DNA of 35,121 nucleotides from a virus (Duplodnaviria; Heunggongvirae; Uroviricota; Caudoviricetes): IMG/VR virus record IMGVR_UViG_3300037419_002054, positions 1 to 35,121 of that record; one strand, 5' to 3'. Shown piece by piece: positions 25,430 to 32,635 of this stretch (position 1 is its first letter; each line of letters starts with the position of its first letter). The notes under the pieces were generated by a model. It saw only the letters and a program-made list of their open reading frames with translations, ran no database searches and was not told where the DNA came from. The position numbers and the translations under genes were made by a program.

Positions 25430-26035
25430 ATGCCGACGTTGCCGAAGCTGCAGGAAGCGATGACCTCCGTGGACTGGGACCCGCACAAGCTGGCCGCGGC
25501 CTCCGGGATGAGCCATCAGGTGATCCGCCGCATCCTGGGCGGGGCCAACACCCGCGAGGATACCGCCGTGAAGCTGCAGGCGGCCCTCAACACGGAGCGC
25601 GCGGCGCGCGGGATGCCCGCGATGCAGCTGAGCGAGGAGATCTCCGTCACGCGGATGACGGTCCGCACCAAGGAGGAGAAGCAGGCGGACGCGGCGAAGT
25701 CCACCGGGGTCGGCCGGCTGTGGGGTGAGCGCGGCCCGGGAGACCCCAAGGACATTCTGAACCCGCCGGAGGTATCCCCGGAGCGCGCGCTGCGGAACTA
25801 CGGCCACCGGGAGTGTGACCCGGGGATGGGGGAGTGCTACAGCTGCTACCGGACCCTGGAGGAGATGAACGGCCGCGGGGAGCTCAAGGGCCTCCCGGTT
25901 CTCCCCCCGGCCCGCGGCCTCTGCAAGCTGGCGCACGGCTGGACGCACCGGCCCGACGCTCCCGGGCAGATGGTGTTGGCCTCCAGCCTCATCATCCCCG
26001 GGGAGGCCCCGGACGAGATCGTGATCAACAGCTAG
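25430..26035 (+). CDS. XRE-like HTH protein with Cys-containing C-terminal domain
   Basis: PHKLAAASGMSHQVIRRILGG HTH; CYSC...C...H; GAGGAG RBS. Confidence 0.7.
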   Translation: MPTLPKLQEAMTSVDWDPHKLAAASGMSHQVIRRILGGANTREDTAVKLQAALNTERAARGMPAMQLSEEISVTRMTVRTKEEKQADAAKSTGVGRLWGERGPGDPKDILNPPEVSPERALRNYGHRECDPGMGECYSCYRTLEEMNGRGELKGLPVLPPARGLCKLAHGWTHRPDAPGQMVLASSLIIPGEAPDEIVINS

Positions 26036-26149
26036 TCGGTTTGGGCCCGCTTCTGGCGGGAGTCGTAACCAGCAGGTTCACCCGGCGGGCAACGGCCCGC
26101 CCCTTCTCCGGGGAGGTAGCCCCGGCACCCGAAGACAGGAGTCCCGAAG

Positions 26150-26779
26150 ATGGCCACCATCAAGCAGCCCGCCCTCCGTCTGATGCGCGCGGTCGGCAAC
26201 ATCGACGAGGCGCAGATCCGCTCGACCCTGAAGCTCGGCGGGGACGCCGACATCGGAGCCGAGGACGTGCGCGAGGCCCTGTTCCTCCTGGGCCGCAAGG
26301 ACGACGCGAACAACGGGCTGAACAACGACTACGTGCCGCGGGGCCAGCGGGAGACGGCCGGCGGGCAGGCCGGCGCCTCCCAGGGCCAGGGCTCGCAGGG
26401 GAACGCCGGGGGCGGGCAGAACGGCAGCTCGTCGCGCAGCGGCCAGAGCGGGAGCAGCTCGCGGCGCAGCTCCCCCGCGGGCGGCGGGAGCACGGCGGCG
26501 CCGCCGGCCCCGGACGGCGTGGAGGTGGTGGCCGGCCCGGGCGCGGAGCTCACCGCGACCTTCGACCCCTCCCCGATGCTCCGGCAGGGCTTCGCGCGGA
26601 TCCACGCCGACGTGAACCGCCTCTGCGGCCGCGTGAACGAGATCCACGAGGCGTTCGCGGGCGGGGACGCCAGCCTGATGGGGCTGGAGGACGTGGAGGA
26701 GCAGATCAACCGCCTCTCCGGCGAGATCCGGATGCTGAACAACATGGCCGCCACCATGCGGCCGCCCACCCGCGGGTGA
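26150..26779 (+). CDS. hypothetical protein with Gly/Ser/Gln-rich linker
   Basis: AGGAG RBS; low-complexity middle, coiled-coil C-terminus. Confidence 0.7.
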   Translation: MATIKQPALRLMRAVGNIDEAQIRSTLKLGGDADIGAEDVREALFLLGRKDDANNGLNNDYVPRGQRETAGGQAGASQGQGSQGNAGGGQNGSSSRSGQSGSSSRRSSPAGGGSTAAPPAPDGVEVVAGPGAELTATFDPSPMLRQGFARIHADVNRLCGRVNEIHEAFAGGDASLMGLEDVEEQINRLSGEIRMLNNMAATMRPPTRG

Positions 26780-26804
26780 TCCTCGGGAACGGGTGAGGGT
26801 CCTC

Positions 26805-26845
26805 GACGGGGGCGGGAGATGATCCCGCCCCCGTCGTCCGTTTAC
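26805..26845 (+). terminator. hairpin, probable terminator
   Basis: GACGGGGGCGGGA-gatga-TCCCGCCCCCGTC perfect 13-bp stem, weak U-tail. Confidence 0.55.
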
Positions 26846-26996
26846 CAAACATCTTCCGTAACTGTTGACGTAGCGCTCCAAAGCGTTGATTATTGCCCAC
26901 AACGGTCCGGGTAGTCCACCAAGGCGCCTCCCTCCTCACTCCTCGGCAGACCTTCCTACCCGCCAACCGTAACCAGCAGCTTGGGGAGAATCCCAC

Positions 26997-27314
26997 GTGC
27001 TGACGAATCGTTATCTCCGCGAGGTCCAGAGAGAAGCCACTGTTGCCCGCGTTCAGATCAAGCACGCCGCACGGGACTGGGCGGTCCAGCGTCTGGAAGA
27101 GCTGGGATCTGACGCACCCTCCTACGCCCAGCTCGTCCGCGAGGGGATCGAGCAGGTGGACCGCGGCCGCATCCTCCGGGAGTGCGCGCTGCGTGTTGCC
27201 AGCCTGAGTTCCCCGGAGAAGGTCGCCCGGGATATCGAGCTGGAGATGGAGCCTCTTGACCCGGAGGATGACTTCGACTTCCCTTTCCCCCAGGCTCAGC
27301 TGCTGGCGGCGTAG
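26997..27314 (+). CDS. hypothetical protein (105 aa)
   Basis: GGGGAG RBS before GTG; TTGACG at 26865 upstream with a weak -10. Confidence 0.6.
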   Translation: MLTNRYLREVQREATVARVQIKHAARDWAVQRLEELGSDAPSYAQLVREGIEQVDRGRILRECALRVASLSSPEKVARDIELEMEPLDPEDDFDFPFPQAQLLAA

Positions 27315-27367
27315 CAGCTCCCTCCGTAGGTCACGGGCGACTCAACGAAATCAGGTGAAGGAAGGTG

Positions 27368-27396
27368 TTGACCACGGGCGGCACCTTCCTTATCTT
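27368..27396 (+). promoter_or_regulatory. sigma70-like promoter
   Basis: TTGACC-N17-TATCTT. Confidence 0.7.
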
Positions 27397-27441
27397 TATC
27401 CACAGGTTGAGCACGCCACCCCCGCACCGGAGACCAGACCG

Positions 27442-28108
27442 ATGACCACCGCCAAGCCCGTGACCCTGGAGACCGTACTTCGCGCCCTTATGACGCAGGA
27501 GAAGGGCACAAACCGCTACGCCCTGCGCGTCGGGCGCGGGACCTTACCGAGCGCCACCCTGTCGTCCCGAAAAGGCCAGCGGCATCCCTCTCCCCGTCGA
27601 GCTGGGGCAGAAGCTCGAGGCGGAGCTGGGCGTCTCTGACAGCTACTACTCCGCGACCACGTGGCGTCAGAAGATTGAGCTGGTGGAGCCGGAAGCGACC
27701 CGCGCCATCTACGACGAGTGGGCCACCGCCTCGCGCCGCAAGCAGCAGGAGGCCGCCGAGGAGGAGCAGCGGCAGCAGCAGGAGGCGGTTGACCGCGCGC
27801 AGGAGACGTACAAGGCGCTCCGCGGCGCGGCGAAGGTACGCGGCGGGATGCAGAAGAAGATCGCCGACAACCGCCGTTCGATCCGTCGACAGGCTGAGGA
27901 TATCGTGCGGGAGATGCAGCGCCTGATCGAGCAGCTTGACGAGGGGCGGGAGCTGTACTCGACGGTCCCGGTCCAATACCGCGGGGCGACGCTGGACGCC
28001 CTCCACGCGGAGACGTACCAGCTGGAGCACCTCGTACAGGTGTTCCGGTGGAACGGGGCCGCTGACCTGATGGACGAGCTGTTCCCCGGCGCCGTCTCCA
28101 GCTTGTAG
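27442..28108 (+). pseudogene. frameshifted (split) gene for a coiled-coil protein
   Basis: ATG 27442 with promoter and GGAG RBS stops at 27639; the +1 frame is open from 27494 to 28108 and looks coding from about 27570 without a good start of its own. Confidence 0.5.
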
Positions 28109-28190
28109 GCGTACCCCGGAGGGTGTGAGATTGGGAGGAGGGAGGGGCCACTCGGGTTCCCTCCCTCCAGCGCTTTCTACCCCGACGAAG

Positions 28191-28574
28191 ATGCCGGTCA
28201 ATACCTTGATGCAGATGGCGGAGACGCTCGCCGGGCTCTCCGGATGCTCCCGTCTCGGCGTAGCCGCGCTTGCGGTCTCCCCCGAGCTCGTCGTCCTCTC
28301 CTCCGGCTTCAACGCCCACCCCGAAGGGCGCTGCTCGGGGAAGCCCGGGGCCTGTGGCTGCATCCACGCCGAGATCCGCGCGCTGGACGCGGCGCCGACC
28401 GCTACGTTCGACCTCCTGTGCACTCACAGCCCGTGCGTCTCCTGCGCCGAGAGGATCGCGCGGGACGGTCGGGTCCGACAGGTCTACTACCGGGAAGCGT
28501 ACCGCCTTCCGGACGGGCTGCAGGTGCTGAGGGGGAGCGGGGTCCCTACCCACCGCCTCGCCAGAAAGTGTTGA
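28191..28574 (+). CDS. dCMP deaminase-like zinc deaminase
   Basis: GCSRLGV, SGFNA, HAE and SPCVSC motifs, VYYREAY. Confidence 0.85.
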   Translation: MPVNTLMQMAETLAGLSGCSRLGVAALAVSPELVVLSSGFNAHPEGRCSGKPGACGCIHAEIRALDAAPTATFDLLCTHSPCVSCAERIARDGRVRQVYYREAYRLPDGLQVLRGSGVPTHRLARKC

Positions 28575-28599
28575 CCAGAGGCTAGGCCGCGTGTATTAT
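28571..28599 (+). promoter_or_regulatory. sigma70-like promoter with extended -10
   Basis: TTGACC-N17-TATTAT, TG upstream of -10. Confidence 0.75.
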
Positions 28600-28640
28600 T
28601 CTCCCAGGTTGAGAGAGCACACCCAACGGGAGATCCTACG

Positions 28641-28826
28641 ATGACCGCCAACGCCCCCGAAATCGGAATCGAGCTGGCCGACGTCCGCGCCGCCTTCCTC
28701 CGTCGCCCCGACATCAAGAAGCTTCCCGCCGCCGAGAAGGAGGCCCGCTGGGAGGCCGCCGTCCCCAACATCCTGAGCTTCATGGGGTGGGTGGCGGACC
28801 GTGACCCGATCCGCGTGGAGGGTTGA
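28641..28826 (+). CDS. small hypothetical protein (61 aa)
   Basis: GGGAG RBS directly downstream of the promoter. Confidence 0.65.
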   Translation: MTANAPEIGIELADVRAAFLRRPDIKKLPAAEKEARWEAAVPNILSFMGWVADRDPIRVEG

Positions 28827-28830
28827 ACCA

Positions 28831-29166
28831 ATGAGCCCCAAGCACCACCGCGGAACCCACGACGGGGACCGCCTCCCGAAGTTCCGCACCGTGGAGGGCG
28901 TGTCCCTCCGCACCGCGGTACACGAGTTCGGGTACGAGGGCGTGATCAAGATCGTCGCCCGCGAGCTGGGGAACCACGTGGACGAACTCCCCCGCCTTAC
29001 GACCGCTGGGATCGCCGCGCACGCGGAGCAGGTCCGGGAGGACGTGGCGGAGTGCCTGATCCGGTGCCGTAGCTTCATCGACGGTCCGGACTGGGCGCGG
29101 GAGCGGGCGATGCGGGAGGTCGTCAGCTACCTGGAGGGCATCCTCGCCCTCGGCTCCCAGGTCTGA
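28831..29166 (+). CDS. hypothetical protein (111 aa)
   Basis: ATG at 28831 after GGAGG, 4 nt after the previous stop. Confidence 0.65.
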   Translation: MSPKHHRGTHDGDRLPKFRTVEGVSLRTAVHEFGYEGVIKIVARELGNHVDELPRLTTAGIAAHAEQVREDVAECLIRCRSFIDGPDWARERAMREVVSYLEGILALGSQV

Positions 29167-29230
29167 ACACGGAGCACGGCCGGAGGGACGGTGGGGGTCA
29201 AGACGAACTCTCACCGTACCCCCAAGGCAG

Positions 29231-30043
29231 ATGCTGACGGAGCCGAACTGGTCCCTGCTTGACTTCCCCGTCGCCCTCGAGAAGGTATACACCGCGGTGC
29301 GCCCCGGCTCCATCCAGGGCGCACTTGGCGTTGAGATCCCCAAGAAGAGGGCGGTGGTACGCGCGGATACGGGGCAGGTTCTCTCCCTCGTGAGCAGCCG
29401 CTACCCGTTGATCCCGCACCGCCGGATCTTCGCCCCGATGCAGGAGGCGATCGGCTCGATGGGAATGCGGATCGGCCGCGTGGAGACCCGCATCGGGCTC
29501 TCCGGAGCGGTGGCGCGGGTGACGTGGCTGCTGGACCGCACGGTGGAGGTAGGCGAGGGCGACGTGGTGACCCTTGCGCTTTCTGCACAGAACAGCTATA
29601 ATAGGACCAGCGAGATCATCGTGGAGCTGGGCGGCCGGCGGCAGAGCACCGGCGCGGCGCTTACGGCACCCACGACGGCGTTCCGCAGATCCTTCCGGCA
29701 CCGGGCCGGCGTTCAGCTGAGCGAGGTCCGGAGGGCGTTTGACGGGCTCCTCGAACAGGGTACGGAGCTCGCGGAACAGTGGAAGCAGTGGGCCGGGCGG
29801 ACGTGCTCGGCCGAGGCCCTCTCCGGAGGGCTCTCCCGCGATCGGTTCGGGGCGGGAGCGCGTCAGGCGGTGATCTCCCGGTTCAGGGAGGGCCGGGCCG
29901 CCACGGTGTGGGAGGCGTACAACGCCCTTGCGTACTACGCGACCCACACGGTACGTTCCCGGAGGCCGGAACTTCTCCTGCTACGGCAGGACGGGGTTCA
30001 CAAGCTCGCGGTAGACTTCGCCCGCCGGGCGACCGCTGATTGA
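29231..30043 (+). CDS. DUF932-like phage protein
   Basis: AVVRADTGQVLSLVSSRY, NSYN, TVWEAYNALAYYATH. Confidence 0.75.
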   Translation: MLTEPNWSLLDFPVALEKVYTAVRPGSIQGALGVEIPKKRAVVRADTGQVLSLVSSRYPLIPHRRIFAPMQEAIGSMGMRIGRVETRIGLSGAVARVTWLLDRTVEVGEGDVVTLALSAQNSYNRTSEIIVELGGRRQSTGAALTAPTTAFRRSFRHRAGVQLSEVRRAFDGLLEQGTELAEQWKQWAGRTCSAEALSGGLSRDRFGAGARQAVISRFREGRAATVWEAYNALAYYATHTVRSRRPELLLLRQDGVHKLAVDFARRATAD

Positions 30044-30062
30044 CAACCTGGGTGAGTTCCGA

Positions 30063-30371
30063 ATGAAGGAATTGACGCAGGCGACGTACGCCCCCGCGGT
30101 CAGCGGGAACGGCGTCGCCGTGGTGAAGTTCTGGAGGCACGGGTGCGTCCCGTGCGAGCAGGTGTCTCCGGTGCTGGAGGAGCTGGCGGGGGAGTTTCCC
30201 TCGGTCTCGTTCCTGCAGATCAACGGGGAGGAGAACCTGCAGCTGTGCGCGGAGCTGAACGTGCGCTACTTCCCGACGCTGCTCGTCTACAAGGACGGCA
30301 AGCTGGTGGAGGGGGTCGCCGGAGCCCGCACCCGCGAGTTCATCACGGGACGGTTGCAGGAGCACCTGTAG
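30063..30371 (+). CDS. trxA: thioredoxin
   Basis: VVKFWRHGCVPC, VRYFPTLLVYKDG. Confidence 0.88.
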   Translation: MKELTQATYAPAVSGNGVAVVKFWRHGCVPCEQVSPVLEELAGEFPSVSFLQINGEENLQLCAELNVRYFPTLLVYKDGKLVEGVAGARTREFITGRLQEHL

Positions 30372-30404
30372 CAGTACGCCCGCCGGAGCGCATCCGGCTC
30401 CAAC

Positions 30405-30809
30405 GGGGATGACAGGTTTCGACGTGTAGACGGAAGGGAAGGCCGAGTGTGCCGGGTGGCTCCCGCCGAGACGGGGCAAAAACCAGTAAACGCGACCCAC
30501 GAGGACGCGGTCGAGGCGCTGCTGGCCGAGGTCTCCGAGACCTTCGCCGCCAAGTACGAGAACCAGCTCGTTCTGGCGTAAGCAGTAGCCTCCCCGGGCC
30601 GAAACTCTCGCCGAGGGGTGAGGCCCGTATCGCATCGGACGACGCCCGGGGAAGACCGGGGGTGACGGGGGAGGGCGCACCTTAACACGCACTCCGGCTT
30701 GGGTGTTGCTTCGCCAGGGCGTGAGCCGTGATCGCGCCGAAGAAGAAACGCACGCTACGAGGACGAACGGAAGGCTATGCGGACCCGGGTTCGAATCCCG
30801 GCATCTCCA
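30405..30809 (+). ncRNA. ssrA: tmRNA
   Basis: 5' GGGGATGAcagGTTTCGAC, 3' GACCCGGGTTCGAATCCCGGCATCTCCA; acceptor stem with G3-U70; internal tag frame 30492-30581; CCA not encoded. Confidence 0.93.
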
Positions 30810-30882
30810 CTGGAGGAGAGGGTAGCGGGCAGACCGGCCGGTCATCCGGCCCACGCTGTCGACGGCTCCCTCCCTCTCTCCT

Positions 30883-30955
30883 GCCGCGTGAGCTCGGCTG
30901 GTTGAGCAAGCGACTCTTAATCGCGAGGTCCCCGGTTCGAACCCGGGACGCGGCA
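30883..30955 (+). tRNA. tRNA-Lys (CTT)
   Basis: GCCGCGT/ACGCGGC acceptor, GCTC/GAGC D stem, GCGA-ctCTTaa-TCGC, CCCGG-TTCGAAC-CCGGG T arm. Confidence 0.85.
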
Positions 30956-30956
30956 C

Positions 30957-31125
30957 TCGCAGGTGGTGGAACTGGTAGACACGCCGGATCGCCTTTGTCT
31001 CTCGGCCGGGAGGCTCTGGATCGGGTCCGTAGGGGGACGCGTCGGAAGGCGCGCCAACGGCCGGTGCGGGGGTGCACACCCAAGCCCGTGACGTACCCGT
31101 GCAGGTTCGAGTCCTGCCCTGCGAA
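30957..31125 (+). ncRNA. 169-nt tRNA-like RNA (Leu-type D arm) with enlarged anticodon and variable arms
   Basis: TCGCAGG/CCTGCGA acceptor plus A73, TGGTGGAACTGGTAGACACG D arm, GCAGG-TTCGAGT-CCTGC T arm; no 7-nt anticodon loop. Confidence 0.75.
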
Positions 31126-31254
31126 CTACCCCCTTCAAGCTGAGCGCCGAAGAGCCGCGCATGAGGCCCAGCACCTTCCGGGATTGAGCCCCCGGATCGT
31201 TCGCAGGAGGGGTTGCGGACAGGAACGCCGGCCGCCCGACAAAGGGCCGGAGAT

Positions 31255-31329
31255 CAGGGGAGGTGGTGTAATTGGCTAACACGGCGGTCTGTGGCACCGC
31301 AGTCCAGGGTTCGAGGCCCTGCCCCCTGA
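31255..31329 (+). tRNA. tRNA-His (GTG), atypical acceptor stem
   Basis: GCGGT-ctGTGgc-ACCGC anticodon arm, CAGGG-TTCGAGG-CCCTG T arm; acceptor pairs only with a bulge. Confidence 0.7.
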
Positions 31330-31519
31330 CTTGCTGGAGGAGGTTTTGACATAGCCGAGGCACGCGACTCCCCGGGGATGCACGCCTCCTCCGGCACCCT
31401 CGTGTGGGGGAGTCCCGTGATTGACCCAGGATAAGGCGTAATCGCGAATCCAGGAGCCTGCGGGGCTCCCCCACCGTTCAACCCGATGGTCAGGTCCCTT
31501 CTACCTCTGGAGGTACGCC

Positions 31520-31897
31520 ATGCGGCACCGTCTCGCAGTCCTCGTGCTGGTCCTCCTCGCCGCTTGCGGGCGCGCGGGAGAAGTCACCACCCCCGACGTC
31601 CAGACCCCGCCCCCGGGAGGGCCGTACACCGGCGTCTACCGCAGCAAGGAGTACGGGCTGCAGCTCGTCCTCTACTCGAACGGGAACTACACCGTGAGCA
31701 GTGAGCACGGGAGCAAGCTGCAGGGGATCGTCCGGAAGGGGTTCTGGCGGCCGGACGCGGACGGCGGGATCTGCGTGAGACAGCGGGACTATCACCCGTG
31801 GATCTGCGACGGGTACGTGACGGAGGACTCCGTGGTGGATAACGGAGACCTGTTCTGGTACGGGGACAGCGTCTGGAGCATCACGCTCCGGCCGTAG
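31520..31897 (+). CDS. lipoprotein
   Basis: MRHRLAVLVLVLLAAC signal with lipobox; GGAGG RBS. Confidence 0.8.
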   Translation: MRHRLAVLVLVLLAACGRAGEVTTPDVQTPPPGGPYTGVYRSKEYGLQLVLYSNGNYTVSSEHGSKLQGIVRKGFWRPDADGGICVRQRDYHPWICDGYVTEDSVVDNGDLFWYGDSVWSITLRP

Positions 31898-31915
31898 CGG
31901 CTTCCCCGGAGGGGG

Positions 31916-31944
31916 TTGACTTAGGAACTCGCCTGGGATACCTT
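31916..31944 (+). promoter_or_regulatory. sigma70-like promoter overlapped by an 8-bp inverted repeat
   Basis: TTGACT-N17-TACCTT; CCTTAGTG-gtag-CACTAAGG at 31941-31960. Confidence 0.65.
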
Positions 31945-31958
31945 AGTGGTAGCACTAA

Positions 31959-32179
31959 GGGCTGGGGTAAGGCGTAGGTGGGCGCTCCTTGGGGTTCTAG
32001 GGTCTCTGGCTCGCTCAACCAACCTGCCGTACCTAGACCGCCGCGTCTTACCCCAGCCCACTACAGGAGGGCGGTTCCCGCAAGGGGCCGCCCTCCTCCC
32101 GTAGCATCACGGGTCCCAGTAGGTCTGCGCGACCGAGGGAGATCTGTGAGGCCGGCGCCCACCCCGGGTGCCCGGCCTC
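31959..32179 (+). ncRNA. candidate structured RNA or long structured leader
   Basis: 16-bp helix 31959-31974/32044-32059, GCAA-capped hairpin 32066-32096, 8-bp hairpin 32148-32179. Confidence 0.5.
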
Positions 32180-32202
32180 TCCGTTCTTCCCAGGATACGC
32201 GC

Positions 32203-32595
32203 ATGGGCGGAAGGCCCGAGAAGATCTCGACGGAGCACCTCGTCCCCACGGATGACGAGGTCTGGAACAGGAGGGACCTCAGCGCGGCCAAGGTGGCGCG
32301 CGCGGTGGGGATGCAGCCCGGGACCTTCCGGAAGTGGACCGCCCAGCGCGGCTGGAAGCGCAACCACGCCGGGAGGATCATCAAGGCCCCCTGCCGCCGG
32401 TGTAACGCGTCTACGGAGCTGCGGAACCTCAACGATGCCCGGGAGTGCTACCGGCACTGGGAGGGCGGACCGAGGGCGCAGGTGGATCCATCTGTTGATC
32501 CGGACGTAGCCGCTTGCCGCTCCGAGCTCGCGGCCTTCCTCCGGCGGCACCCCAACATGCGGGGGCTCTGCTCTCCGGACAGCTTCCAGAAGTAG
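32203..32595 (+). CDS. small HTH-like protein with Cys motifs
   Basis: LSAAKVARAVGMQPGTFRKW HTH, CRRC...C..H; AGGA RBS before ATG at 32203. Confidence 0.6.
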   Translation: MGGRPEKISTEHLVPTDDEVWNRRDLSAAKVARAVGMQPGTFRKWTAQRGWKRNHAGRIIKAPCRRCNASTELRNLNDARECYRHWEGGPRAQVDPSVDPDVAACRSELAAFLRRHPNMRGLCSPDSFQK

Positions 32596-32635
32596 AAGAG
32601 GGCCGGCCTCCGCGGAAGGAGGCCGGCCCTCTTCT
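32594..32635. terminator. bidirectional terminator between convergent genes
   Basis: AGAAGAGGGCCGGCCTCC-gcggaa-GGAGGCCGGCCCTCTTCT perfect 18-bp stem. Confidence 0.8.

Noticed and set aside
30040..30070. TTGACA at 30040 (also 31346 and TTGACC at 31421) as promoters
   Set aside because: No -10-like hexamer at 16-18 nt spacing
30957..31125. Group I intron in the expanded tRNA
   Set aside because: Only about 85 extra nt and no recognisable P7 or terminal G context
31330..31420. Theta or HDV-like ribozyme after tRNA-His
   Set aside because: Helix order fits, but P3/L3, the GG of P1.1 and a 7-bp P1 are not found; kept only as a pseudoknot candidate
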